Shown here: one piece after another, positions 26,902 through 36,345 of the stretch
Position numbering within the stretch: the first letter of the stretch is position 1
Layout of the letters: each line of letters begins with the position of its first letter
NCBI GenBank assembly: GCA_049585495.1
Contig: JBAUZZ010000216.1
Coordinates: 3,043 to 67,042, forward strand
Length of the DNA stretch: 64,000 nucleotides
Source of the DNA: Chthoniobacterales bacterium
GTDB taxonomy: Bacteria > Verrucomicrobiota > Verrucomicrobiia > Chthoniobacterales > JAFAMB01
Direction of reading: 5' to 3'
Notes under the pieces: generated by a model
Told to the model about the DNA's origin: nothing
The model's database searches: none
What the model saw: the letters and a program-made list of their open reading frames with translations, nothing else
Position numbers and translations under genes: made by a program

Positions 26902-27741
26902 TCAGCCTTTTACGCTTCCAGCCAACGATCCCTTGACGAAATAGCGCTGGAAACAGAGAAACACTATCAGGACTGGAACCATCGCCAAGGTTGCATAAGC
27001 TAGCAATGTTCCCCACTCCACCGTGTTCGTTCCTACCAGGTTCGCCAGTGATAACTGCAAGGTAAAATTCTGCTGATTATTAATCACAATCAGCGGCCAC
27101 AGGTAATCGTTCCACCGCCAGGTGAAGCTTAGAATTCCAACCGCCCCTAAGGCCGGAGCCGACAATGGTAGAATAACGTGACGATATATCTTCCAATGCG
27201 ATGCTCCGTCCAATCGCGCAGCTTCCAGCAACTCGTCCGGAATTCCGATAATGTACTGGCGCATCATGAAAGTGCCGGTTGCTGTTGCTGCGGGCGGGAT
27301 GATGATGCCGATCAAACTATTTATCCAGCCTAGGGCTTTCAACACCAGAAACACCGGCACCATCAGAACCTGCAGTGGAACCAAAAGGACGCTGATGATC
27401 AGCAGGAAGATAAATTGCCGCCCCAAAAACCGATATTTAGCCAGGGCGAACCCGGCCATCGAACTCGCGAAGACAGTGATCAGGCTGCTCGAAGTAGCCA
27501 CGATCAGCGAATTCATCGCATATCTCGGCACATTCCCGGTCGCAAAAACTGCCCCGAAGTTAACCAAGCTGAATTGTCGCGGGTCGAGGTTGGGCGGAAA
27601 GGTAAACAGATGTTCGGGCAGTTGAAACGCGGAAAAGAGGGCCCAGAACACCGGAACGAGGAATACGATGCAAATGCCGATCGCGCAGCAATCGTATGCG
27701 ACATTCCCGAGAGCAATACTTTTCTCTTTGCTTGTCTTCAC
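26902..27741 (-). CDS. carbohydrate ABC transporter permease (MalG-like)
   Basis: Six TM segments. The EAA loop IPDELLEAARLDGASHWKIYRHVILPL is typical of CUT1 permeases. Confidence 0.9.
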   Translation of the reverse strand: MKTSKEKSIALGNVAYDCCAIGICIVFLVPVFWALFSAFQLPEHLFTFPPNLDPRQFSLVNFGAVFATGNVPRYAMNSLIVATSSSLITVFASSMAGFALAKYRFLGRQFIFLLIISVLLVPLQVLMVPVFLVLKALGWINSLIGIIIPPAATATGTFMMRQYIIGIPDELLEAARLDGASHWKIYRHVILPLSAPALGAVGILSFTWRWNDYLWPLIVINNQQNFTLQLSLANLVGTNTVEWGTLLAYATLAMVPVLIVFLCFQRYFVKGSLAGSVKG

Positions 27742-28665
27742 TTAGATGATCCCCTCTTTCTTGAATAGGCGCATTTGGAGCCAGGCGACAAACAGGATCA
27801 CCGGCAGGAGCACAACGGCCTGGGCAACACCATAGCCCGGCTGGAGGCGCCCGAAGGCAGACTGATACATGTTTTGCACCACGAGTCTCGTCGCATCACC
27901 AGGCCCTCCAGCGGTAAGCAGCAGTATCATCTCAAAAGCTTGCGTGGCGTGAATCGTTGCCAGGATAACCACCAACAGAATCGTGGGTCGCAGCATCGGT
28001 AAGGTGATCCGCCAGAATCGCTGCCAACTTGTTGCGCCTTCAATTCTGGCAGCTTCGTAAAGGTCCGCGCTGATCTGACTTAACCCGGCCAACACCATCA
28101 GCATATAAAACCCGACGAGATTCCAAACAGTGATGAGGACGATGCTCACTCGGGCAGAAAAGTCGGACGTTAACCATGGAATCGTCGACGCTCCAGCCCA
28201 CTTCAGGAATCCGTCGATGACGCCCAAGTCTTCGTTCAAAAACCATTTCCAGGAAGTAGCAACTACTACCGGCGACAAAACAAACGGAATATAAAAGCCG
28301 ACACGAGCCAGCAACCGCGCCGGCCTGCTCTCACGGAGAAAAACTGCAATCGCGACGCTGCCAGCAACAATCAGCGGAACCACTGTCAACGTGTACCAAG
28401 CAGTATTCAGTACGCTCTGACCAAATTGCGGGTCGTGAAACAGTTGGACGTAGTTCCCTAATCCGACAAACTTGAATGTGCCGTGAATAACATCAAAGTT
28501 ATGCAGGGACATCCAAACGCCGTAGAGCATGGGATATAAACTGAAAAGAGCCATGATGCCCGCCGTGGGAAGTAAAAAAAGGTACGGCGCCAACTGAAAG
28601 GTGGGTTGAGGCCGCGAGGGAGGAACCGCATTTAAGGCGGAGACTGTTTCATCGGAGGAATCCAT
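27742..28665 (-). CDS. carbohydrate ABC transporter permease (MalF-like)
   Basis: The EAA loop is ISADLYEAARIEGATSWQRFWRITLPML. The stop abuts the next permease start. Confidence 0.9.
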   Translation of the reverse strand: MDSSDETVSALNAVPPSRPQPTFQLAPYLFLLPTAGIMALFSLYPMLYGVWMSLHNFDVIHGTFKFVGLGNYVQLFHDPQFGQSVLNTAWYTLTVVPLIVAGSVAIAVFLRESRPARLLARVGFYIPFVLSPVVVATSWKWFLNEDLGVIDGFLKWAGASTIPWLTSDFSARVSIVLITVWNLVGFYMLMVLAGLSQISADLYEAARIEGATSWQRFWRITLPMLRPTILLVVILATIHATQAFEMILLLTAGGPGDATRLVVQNMYQSAFGRLQPGYGVAQAVVLLPVILFVAWLQMRLFKKEGII

Positions 28666-28674
28666 AGCTGCCTT

Positions 28675-29931
28675 CTATTTGCTTACGGGCTGATTCTGTT
28701 CAAGAACTTGCGAGCCGAGCTTTTCTATCTCGGAGAGCGTGTCGTCCAGCCGTGTTCTTCCGGTGGAGAAAAGGATTAACTGGTCAAGCAAGTCATTCTG
28801 CAACAGGTTGAGTTCGGGTCTGGCCAGATCCTCTGCAACCCATTCAGGTGTTACCGATAAATCATCCAGCATCGGCTTCAGGTAGTCCGCATATTTCCCG
28901 TAATTTATCGGCAGATCTTTCATCGGGCTCAAGAGCGACCCCCCCAGACTTTCCAGGTAACGCTTCGTTGTCGCTGGTTCTCCCCACCAGAGCAGCACCT
29001 TCGCAGCATCGTCACGATTCGGCGATTTCCTGAACCCAATCAGAAACTCGCCCCCTGGACAGGCGGCACGTATAACATCTCTGGGGAAATAGGTAGTCCC
29101 GAACTCGAATCGTGTTCCGCCTCCCACGAGTGTTTTCAATTCCCAATTTCCTGCCCACATAAGCGCAGCGACTCCCGTCTCGAAGAGTGGACCTCCGTCA
29201 GTCTTTCCAGGCCAGGAAGAGGTGGGCACAAGTTTTGCCTCGACCAAATTTCGAAAATAAGTAAGCGCCTGTCGGGCTGCTTCCCGATTGGGCAAAATCG
29301 CTTTTCCATCTTCGGAAATCCAGCGTCCGTTCGCCTGGTAGAGCAGGTTGGACCAACGCTGCACGCTACAGTCGTACGCGACTCCAATCCGGCAGGATGG
29401 TAGTTTCATCACTTTTTGGACGGCATCCCTGAACTGCGACCAAGTCCAAACATGATCAGAATCCGCCGGCACGCTCACCCCCGCTTCCTTGAAGAGTCCC
29501 TTGTTATAGAAAAGGCCATTGACCGTGGCTTCAATCGGGATTCCGATCACTTTATCTCCCGATCTGATGAAAGCCTGATAACTTGGCAGATACCGATTCA
29601 ATAAGCCGGCCCCCTGGGTGTACTGCGCCAAATCCAGGGCCTGTTCTCCATACGTCTGAATATAGGCCGTTGTTACTTCGAGAATGTCCGGGGGCTCACC
29701 AGCGGTGACCAGAGTGTTGATCTTCGCCGTGAGCGCGCTGTACTGCACAATCGAGACATTAAAATCAATCCCCGGATGGTCCTGGCTATATTCCTTCAAA
29801 AACTTTTGGATTACGTCTTGGGTACTGGCATTGGCCAATAGGATTACGCTTAACGTCTTGGCGGGACTAAGCGACCCGGAGAACAGCAGACAAGCTGCGG
29901 TACAGATGATCCTGGGATAGAAGAGTTTCAC
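28675..29931 (-). CDS. ABC transporter extracellular sugar-binding protein
   Basis: Signal peptide MKLFYPRIICTAACLLFSGS. At 418 aa it fits family-1 SBP size and composition, and it is the first gene of the transporter operon. Confidence 0.85.
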   Translation of the reverse strand: MKLFYPRIICTAACLLFSGSLSPAKTLSVILLANASTQDVIQKFLKEYSQDHPGIDFNVSIVQYSALTAKINTLVTAGEPPDILEVTTAYIQTYGEQALDLAQYTQGAGLLNRYLPSYQAFIRSGDKVIGIPIEATVNGLFYNKGLFKEAGVSVPADSDHVWTWSQFRDAVQKVMKLPSCRIGVAYDCSVQRWSNLLYQANGRWISEDGKAILPNREAARQALTYFRNLVEAKLVPTSSWPGKTDGGPLFETGVAALMWAGNWELKTLVGGGTRFEFGTTYFPRDVIRAACPGGEFLIGFRKSPNRDDAAKVLLWWGEPATTKRYLESLGGSLLSPMKDLPINYGKYADYLKPMLDDLSVTPEWVAEDLARPELNLLQNDLLDQLILFSTGRTRLDDTLSEIEKLGSQVLEQNQPVSK

Positions 29932-30009
29932 GTTTGTTCTGGAGGTGATGCGTTAGGGTTAAATCTGGTAGATGAAATTTGGAGGGCAAAGTCCGATAGG
30001 GTCAGATCA

Positions 30010-30061
30010 GGTAGGGCGAGGCTCCGCCCGAGCCGCGACTCGGACGGAGCCTCCCGTTACC
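30010..30061. repeat. GGTAGGGCG-type palindrome
   Basis: GGTAGGGCGAGGCTCCGCCCGAGCCGCGACTCGGACGGAGCCTCCCGTTACC has inverted halves. The right end contains the cupin gene stop codon (30057-30059). Confidence 0.7.
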
Positions 30062-30563
30062 CGGCGATCAACACGCCTTCCGGAAGATACGGCCGAAGCG
30101 TCCCACACATTCCCAGCTTTCGTTCCTCGTGCACGAGATCGACCGGAATCGCAAACACTCTTCCCTGGTTTAGGTAATCACTCGCTCCGGCGTTCAACTT
30201 GTCCAGGAAGGATTTCGTGCGTCTGATAGTCCTCGCCGGTCCCGCTTCCCAAACGTGCCGCCAGGTGGATTCCTTAGAGCGCACCAACTGGCCATCTAGG
30301 TTGATCAGGCGATGAATCAGACCGGGCGTAAACCAGACAAGCGATCCCGTAAGAAGCGGAATTTCACGAAAGCCCTCGCTGGAAAGCGTCTGAACGGAGC
30401 CTCGTCCCTTCATGACCAGGTAAGCTTCGGCACACGCGAAGTGCAGATGAGGGCTGCCGCCGACCAGTCCGTCGGCGGCCGGAGTATCGTACACCCTGAG
30501 ATGAGTGACGCCGATTCCGCCAGGAAATGGTTCAACGTTCTGCTTTGGGTCAGTCATATTCAA
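30057..30563 (-). CDS. cupin domain protein
   Basis: GGSPHLHFACAEAYLVMKGRGSV...LVWFTPGLIHRL resembles the two-motif cupin His pattern. Confidence 0.7.
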   Translation of the reverse strand: MNMTDPKQNVEPFPGGIGVTHLRVYDTPAADGLVGGSPHLHFACAEAYLVMKGRGSVQTLSSEGFREIPLLTGSLVWFTPGLIHRLINLDGQLVRSKESTWRHVWEAGPARTIRRTKSFLDKLNAGASDYLNQGRVFAIPVDLVHEERKLGMCGTLRPYLPEGVLIAG

Positions 30564-30581
30564 GGCGCTCAGTTTCTCAAG

Positions 30582-31640
30582 CTATAGTGTCTCGTATCTT
30601 GGATGACCCGGCCCGATCGGGAGAGTGACCGGGGCATTCGTTTCGCTGGAGTAGTAGGTGGCGGTGATAAGTTCTAACGCGGCACGGGCGTCCGCAAGCG
30701 TGACCGGCAACTCGGTTCCATCTCGAAGAGCCTGATGAAACCGATAGAACTGTCCCGCGTAATGTTCCGGAAGAAGTTTGAATTGCTCGAGCGCATCCTT
30801 CATTCGCTGTTCGTTTCCAGCAGCGTTGAACGAGAAAACCCATGGCTCCCGAGAGTTCGCGTAGGGCTCAGTGTTACTCTCCGCCGTGATATTTCGAAAG
30901 GTGAATCGGTGTCTGGAAATTTCCGCCACCGAACCAAGCGTCACCGAAATAGTACCAAGCGACCCATCTCCCATCGCCATCGAGATCGCCACGCAGTCCT
31001 CCACCTCGATCTGATTTACCCGAGTGCTTGTGCGACCAAAGACACTCTTTGCCGGCCCCAGAATATAGAGCACCATGTCGACGGCATGGATCGCCTGGCT
31101 TAATAGCGCGCCGCCTAATTCGCTGACTCGTTTGCCTCGCCATGGATTGCTATAGTATTTACTGTCTCGCCACCAAGCGATATCCGCGTTAAAGACAAAC
31201 GCTTCGCCGGCGAGATTTTGTTCCACCAGGTATTTGAGCTTCTGCAAGCCGTGACCAAATCGATATTGAAAAATCGGCATAACCTGCCGGCCGGTCTCCT
31301 GGGCCAGGCGTGAAACCGAGTCCAACGCGGCGAGACTACCGACCAATGGTTTCTCGCAAATTACGTGCTTCCCGGATTTCAGGGCCTCCTGGATCTGCTC
31401 AAGGTGACGGTTGGGCGGGGTACAAATGTCGATCACGTCAATCTCCGATCGGCGGCAAACTTCGTCGAAGCTCGAAACGATTTCCTCGATCCGATATTTT
31501 TCTGCTACGGGAGCAGCGCGTTGGCGGTCGAGGTCGCAAATGAGCTTGACGTTAAAGAGGTCCGGGAATGCTTGAAAGCCGTGGATGTGTTCGGCTCCGA
31601 TTCCTGAACCGACGACTGCGATTTGGAGTGGATAGGGCAT
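30582..31640 (-). CDS. Gfo/Idh/MocA family oxidoreductase
   Basis: LQIAVVGSGIGAEH...HVICEKPL (EKP motif). Confidence 0.88.
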   Translation of the reverse strand: MPYPLQIAVVGSGIGAEHIHGFQAFPDLFNVKLICDLDRQRAAPVAEKYRIEEIVSSFDEVCRRSEIDVIDICTPPNRHLEQIQEALKSGKHVICEKPLVGSLAALDSVSRLAQETGRQVMPIFQYRFGHGLQKLKYLVEQNLAGEAFVFNADIAWWRDSKYYSNPWRGKRVSELGGALLSQAIHAVDMVLYILGPAKSVFGRTSTRVNQIEVEDCVAISMAMGDGSLGTISVTLGSVAEISRHRFTFRNITAESNTEPYANSREPWVFSFNAAGNEQRMKDALEQFKLLPEHYAGQFYRFHQALRDGTELPVTLADARAALELITATYYSSETNAPVTLPIGPGHPRYETL

Positions 31641-31742
31641 GAGACGCGGGAGAAGTAAAAACGCCGGAGACCCAGATTAAACTTGATTCTGGGCCTATAT
31701 ATATCATATATTATATACAGTCAATCGCTTTCCGCCCTCCTT
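31641..31742. promoter_or_regulatory. divergent control region of the sugar cluster (AT-rich palindromic tract)
   Basis: This 102-bp gap lies between divergent oxidoreductase genes. It contains CCCAGATTAAACTTGATTCTGGG (a 6-bp stem) and TATATATATCATATATTATATA (31696-31717, with the ATATAT-C-ATATAT palindrome). This is the only strongly AT-rich stretch in the cluster. No operator consensus could be verified. Confidence 0.3.
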
Positions 31743-32888
31743 ATGCCAAATCGAATCATTAAGGTGATCATGAATGGCGTCACCGGCCGCATGGGGCGGA
31801 CCCAGCATCTCAGCCGGTCAATCCTCGCCATCCGCAACCAGGGCGGTATCTCCCTCCGCAACGGGGAAACTCTCTGGCCTGAGCCAGTCTTGGTCGGCCG
31901 AAACGATAAGCGCCTTCGCTCCCTCGCCACAGAAGCCGGTTTAACACTCTGGACGGCTCATCTGGATGAGGCGCTGTCTGATCCCGCTGCCCAAATCTAC
32001 TTCGATGCTCAAGTGACCTCCGAGCGGGCTCCCGCCGTTAAAGCCGCCATTGCTGCAGGAAAGCACATCTATTGCGAGAAGCCGATTGCTCACGATCTTC
32101 GCACGGCCCGGGAACTCGCCTACCTGGCTGCCAAAGCCGGGGTGAAGAATGGCGTGGTTCAAGACAAGCTGTTTCTCCCGGGTCTGCGAAAACTCAAGGC
32201 CCTTATTGAGAGCAGCTTTTTCGGCAAAATCCTCTCGGTTCGCGGTGAGTTCGGCTACTGGGTTTTCGAGGGAGATTGGCAAGAGGCACAGCGACCCTCC
32301 TGGAACTACCGGGCAGAGGATGGGGGCGGCATCATGGTCGATATGTTTTGTCACTGGCGCTATGTTCTAGACAATCTTTTCGGACCGGTTCGCTCGGTGT
32401 GCGCCATGGGCGCGACTCACATTCCGCAGCGGGTCGATGAGCAGGGCAAGCCGTATTCCGCGACTGCCGACGATGCAGCCTACGCTATCTTCGAGTTAGA
32501 TGGCGGAATTATCGCCCAGATGAACTCCTCGTGGTGCGTCCGGGTCTATCGCGATGAACTTCTAAGTCTCCAGGTGGACGGAACTCATGGGAGTGCAATA
32601 GCCGGGCTTCACTCCTGCAAAGTACAGCACCGAGTCAATACTCCAAAGGCAGTCTGGAATCCAGACCAGCCGAGTACGCGTAGCTTCTTCGCCGACTGGC
32701 AAGAAGTGCCGGATAACAAGAAGTTCGATAATGGCTTCAAGGTCCAATGGGAGTTATTCCTCCGTCACGTCGCTGAAGACGGCCCCTTTAAGTACACCCT
32801 GCTCGAGGGGGCAAAAGGAGTTCAGCTGGCCGAGGCCGGTCTGGAATCGTGGCGCCAGCGCCGTTGGGTTCAATTGCCGGAGTTTTAG
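31743..32888 (+). CDS. Gfo/Idh/MocA family oxidoreductase
   Basis: MPNRIIKVIMNGVTGRMG...HIYCEKPIA (EKP motif). ATG at 31743. Confidence 0.85.
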   Translation: MPNRIIKVIMNGVTGRMGRTQHLSRSILAIRNQGGISLRNGETLWPEPVLVGRNDKRLRSLATEAGLTLWTAHLDEALSDPAAQIYFDAQVTSERAPAVKAAIAAGKHIYCEKPIAHDLRTARELAYLAAKAGVKNGVVQDKLFLPGLRKLKALIESSFFGKILSVRGEFGYWVFEGDWQEAQRPSWNYRAEDGGGIMVDMFCHWRYVLDNLFGPVRSVCAMGATHIPQRVDEQGKPYSATADDAAYAIFELDGGIIAQMNSSWCVRVYRDELLSLQVDGTHGSAIAGLHSCKVQHRVNTPKAVWNPDQPSTRSFFADWQEVPDNKKFDNGFKVQWELFLRHVAEDGPFKYTLLEGAKGVQLAEAGLESWRQRRWVQLPEF

Positions 32889-32921
32889 TGCACCGGCGTT
32901 TCGGCAGACGGAGAACACTCG

Positions 32922-34082
32922 ATGAATCCAACTATAAAACTGCCCAAAGCGAATGGGATGTTCGAAACCTATACGATGCGCCAGCCACCAGACTTCGGAC
33001 AGCCGGGCTGTCTGCAAAGCCGTAAGGTTTACGCTGCGGCTCACGTCATAGCGAATCCGTTGGGCGAAAATTACCTCGGTGCGCCGGCCGTGGTGGACTG
33101 GGAATCCACCCTGGCTTTTCGCCGTTATCTCTGGTCGCAGGGCTTAGGCGTCGCCGAAGCGATGGATACCGCTCAACGGGGGATGGGACTTAACTGGGCT
33201 ACAACGAAGGAATTGATTCGGCGCTCGGTGTCCGAAGCGAATCGCGCACAAAAACCAATCGCCTGCGGAGCGGGGACTGATCAACTCGCAGACGGGCGAC
33301 ATTACCTGCTTCAAGAGATTGTAACTGCTTATCTGGAACAATGTGAAGCCGTCGAGACGGCAGGCGCCACAGTCATCTTGATGGCTAGCCGAGCGCTGGC
33401 CGCGAGCGCGAGGGATCCCGGCGACTATGAACAAGTTTACGGCATCATTCTGTCAAAGGTTTCTCAACCAGTCATACTTCATTGGCTCGGGGCCATGTTC
33501 GATCCTGACCTCGACGGATACTGGGGGTCCAGGGATCTCGATGAAGCCTCTGAAATTTGCTTGAAGATTATTGAACAACACGCAGCCAAGATCGACGGGA
33601 TCAAAATCTCGTTGTTGGACAGGGATCGTGAGATCCGCCTGCGCCGCCGCCTGCCGCCAGGTGTAAAGCTGTACACCGGTGACGACTTTAGCTACCCCGA
33701 GCTCATCCTAGGGGACGATTCCGGATATAGCCATGCGCTGCTCGGTATCTTTGACGGCATCGCTGTGGCCGCGGCCGCAGCCATCCGTGCTCTCGATCAA
33801 GGCGACGCCAAAGCTTTCCGGCAGATCCTCGAACCAACAGTGCCGCTGGCGCACCATATCTTTCAGCCCCCCACTTACTACTACAAGACCGGACTGACTT
33901 TCCTCGCCTATCTGAACGGCCACCAAAATCACTTTCGAATGGTTGGCGGGTTCGAATCCGGACGTTCCGTTCTCCATCTCACAAAGCTGCTGATTCTGGC
34001 CGATCAAGCCGGCGTGATTCGCGATCCCGATCTAGCCTCAGCAAGAATGCGGCATTTCCTGGCGCTCAATGGCGTTCAGTAA
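32922..34082 (+). CDS. DUF993-like protein (DHDPS/aldolase-like TIM barrel, function unknown)
   Basis: AAAHVIANPLGEN...VDWESTLAFRRYLWSQGLGVAEAMDTAQRGMGLNW matches my memory of the DUF993 family. That family typically neighbours Gfo/Idh/MocA and xylose-isomerase-like genes. Not verified by search. Confidence 0.6.
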   Translation: MNPTIKLPKANGMFETYTMRQPPDFGQPGCLQSRKVYAAAHVIANPLGENYLGAPAVVDWESTLAFRRYLWSQGLGVAEAMDTAQRGMGLNWATTKELIRRSVSEANRAQKPIACGAGTDQLADGRHYLLQEIVTAYLEQCEAVETAGATVILMASRALAASARDPGDYEQVYGIILSKVSQPVILHWLGAMFDPDLDGYWGSRDLDEASEICLKIIEQHAAKIDGIKISLLDRDREIRLRRRLPPGVKLYTGDDFSYPELILGDDSGYSHALLGIFDGIAVAAAAAIRALDQGDAKAFRQILEPTVPLAHHIFQPPTYYYKTGLTFLAYLNGHQNHFRMVGGFESGRSVLHLTKLLILADQAGVIRDPDLASARMRHFLALNGVQ

Positions 34083-34091
34083 CTCGATGCG

Positions 34092-34904
34092 ATGGAAACG
34101 ATAGCTCGTTTAAGCATCAATCAGTACACCGTGCGGCAGTGGAGCATCCCTCAATTATTGGACGGATGCGCGTCGGCCGGAATACCCTTCGTCGGGCTCT
34201 GGAGAGACAAACTTGCCCAGACGGGTCTGCGGGAAACGAGGAATCTCTTGCAGGCTACCGGCGTTCGGGTCTCCAGTCTTTGTCGGGGCGGTTTCTTCCC
34301 CGGAAGCACTTCAGAGCAGCGGTCCAATATTCTCGAAGCTAACCATCGCGGCATTGACGAGGCCGCGGCCTTGGCCACCGAAGTCCTCGTGCTGGTCTGC
34401 GGAGGCATCGTCAACCGGGACCTCGATCAAAGCCGGAAAATGGTTGAGGAAGGGATTTACCGATTGCTGCCATATGCCGCCAAGGCCGGCGTAAAGTTAG
34501 GAATCGAGCCGCTCCACCCAATGTTCGCAGCCGACCGTTCCGTGATCGTCTCGCTGCGAGAAGCGAACCGGATCGCGGAATTGTTCAACTCACCCTACCT
34601 CGGCGTGGTGATCGATGTCTACCACGTCTGGTGGGATCCGGAAGTCTACTCAGAAATTTCTCGAGCGGCTGGGCGCATTTTCGGTTTCCACGTCAACGAC
34701 TGGATTGTACCCCTTCCCGATATCGTGCATGGCCGGGGGATGATGGGCGATGGTGTGATCAAGGTTCGACCGCTGCGCGAAGCTGCAGAGAAGGCCGGCT
34801 ATAATGGACCGATCGAAGTGGAAGTTTTCAACGAGAAACTTTGGCAGATGTCCGGCAACGATCTGCTCGCTCTGGCAAGGGACCGTTTCCTCAAGCTCGT
34901 GTGA
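34092..34904 (+). CDS. sugar phosphate isomerase/epimerase (xylose isomerase-like TIM barrel)
   Basis: 270 aa. LGIEPLHP...VVIDVYHVWWDP...GFHVNDW is the metal-ligand pattern of the AP-endonuclease-2/IolE-like TIM barrels. Confidence 0.85.
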   Translation: METIARLSINQYTVRQWSIPQLLDGCASAGIPFVGLWRDKLAQTGLRETRNLLQATGVRVSSLCRGGFFPGSTSEQRSNILEANHRGIDEAAALATEVLVLVCGGIVNRDLDQSRKMVEEGIYRLLPYAAKAGVKLGIEPLHPMFAADRSVIVSLREANRIAELFNSPYLGVVIDVYHVWWDPEVYSEISRAAGRIFGFHVNDWIVPLPDIVHGRGMMGDGVIKVRPLREAAEKAGYNGPIEVEVFNEKLWQMSGNDLLALARDRFLKLV

Positions 34905-34937
34905 GCGGCCGACAGATATTGCTCAAACAGAAATAAG

Positions 34938-35687
34938 ATGCGACCCATCGGATCTTCCCGCAGCAAGAAAGACCTCGTTACCCGCGAGCTGCGCTCGGCC
35001 ATCCTCAATGGGGAACTGCCACCCGGCACACGGCTGATCATCGATGACCTGGCTGCTCAACTGGATGTAAGCCCGATCCCGGTTCGCGAAGCTCTTCAGC
35101 AACTGCAGTCGGATGGGTACGTCGTGATCGAACCGTATATTGGAGCAAAAGTCGCCGCGATCGAAGCCGAATCGATCATCGAAGTGTTTTCGCTGCTCGA
35201 GACCATGGAAGTCGTAAGCAGCAAAGCAGCCTGCCGGCGCATGAGCGACGAGGATTTGCGGCTCCTCGAATCCATCGTCGTAAGAATGGATGGCCTGGTA
35301 TCGGACCCCGAAGCCTGGTCGCAGGAAAATCGCCATTTTCATCAATTTATTTGCGAGTGCTCGGGAACGCGTCTCGTCGGATCTCTGATGTCTAAGGTCC
35401 TTGATCACTGGGACCGGCTCCATCGCTATTTCCTCAAAGACGTTTTCGCCCTGCGGTTACCTAACGCTCAGCGCCAGCACCGGGAAATCCTGCGCGCCCT
35501 TCGCGCGAAAGACCCGGTGAAAGTGGAATTCTTAATCCGACAACACAATCAGGATTCGCTCGGCGCCTACGAAAGATACCTGCGCCAATCACCGACTCGG
35601 GGCAACCGTATCACAGCCAGATCACTACCCGTTCGCAAGACTTTGGCGCCATCCACTAGCCCAGCTCCCCCGAAAAGGCGCGGATAG
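34938..35687 (+). CDS. GntR family transcriptional regulator (FadR/FCD subfamily)
   Basis: The N-terminal winged helix is LRSAILNGELPPGTRLIIDDLAAQLDVSPIPVREALQQLQSDGYV. The C-terminal helical FCD-like domain carries HxxF/H residues. Confidence 0.88.
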   Translation: MRPIGSSRSKKDLVTRELRSAILNGELPPGTRLIIDDLAAQLDVSPIPVREALQQLQSDGYVVIEPYIGAKVAAIEAESIIEVFSLLETMEVVSSKAACRRMSDEDLRLLESIVVRMDGLVSDPEAWSQENRHFHQFICECSGTRLVGSLMSKVLDHWDRLHRYFLKDVFALRLPNAQRQHREILRALRAKDPVKVEFLIRQHNQDSLGAYERYLRQSPTRGNRITARSLPVRKTLAPSTSPAPPKRRG

Positions 35688-35700
35688 CCTCAGAGCTCCT

Positions 35701-35892
35701 AGCGCGGCGTAGCCGCAACTCAAACATGATCCATGTAAAATGAGGTGATCGAGGATCGGCCTAACTAAGGAATGACGGTAGGGCGAATCCGCCGCGGCGG
35801 ATCAGCCTAAACCGCAAATGTCGTTAGCCCCTTGAGGCTCATTTGTCCCGCGTCGCGTCGCGTCGCGGGACGAATTCGCCCTACCAGCTTTC
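35701..35892. repeat. about 180-bp structured repeat, copy 2
   Basis: Collinear with 24278-24458 in the same orientation. The core at 35777-35885 is bounded by GGTAGGGCGAAT / ATTCGCCCTACC. Confidence 0.85.
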
Positions 35893-35940
35893 GCCGCATG
35901 TTGGCGGCCGGCGGACAAATTAGGCCTTTCAATTTTCCCG

Positions 35941-36345
35941 TTAATACGAAACGACGCGCGGAAGCGCCTTTGCCTCTTCTATCCACTTGCTGACGGTTGC
36001 CACGCCCGGGACAACATGCACTTGGCGGTTGGCCTCGTTTGCGCTCTTAAGCTTTTCATGGAGGTGTTCCGCGTTTCGCTGGGCGAGTTCCAGGACGGAA
36101 TCAACCCCGGCAGACTCCAAAAGCTCTGCGTATTGGCGGGCAATGCCATGAATCCGGAACAGATCCGCCTGGTTTACCCATTTCAGAATATGATGTTCGG
36201 AATAGCCGGTTTTTGCGGCGAGATCGTTTCGGCCTTTGGGTGTCTTTCCAGCCTCCAACAGTTCTTCGACCGTGGTTATGCCGATCGTTTCAAGCTTCTT
36301 AGTGTGAACTTCTCCGATCCCTTCGATCTCGTTGATGTGCTTCAT
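35941..36345 (-). CDS. DUF4332 domain protein (tandem helix-hairpin-helix-like)
   Basis: MKHINEIEGIGEVHTKKLETIGITTVEELLE...IHGIARQYAELLESAGVDSVLELA. ATG at 36345 is preceded by AGGAGG. Confidence 0.7.
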   Translation of the reverse strand: MKHINEIEGIGEVHTKKLETIGITTVEELLEAGKTPKGRNDLAAKTGYSEHHILKWVNQADLFRIHGIARQYAELLESAGVDSVLELAQRNAEHLHEKLKSANEANRQVHVVPGVATVSKWIEEAKALPRVVSY

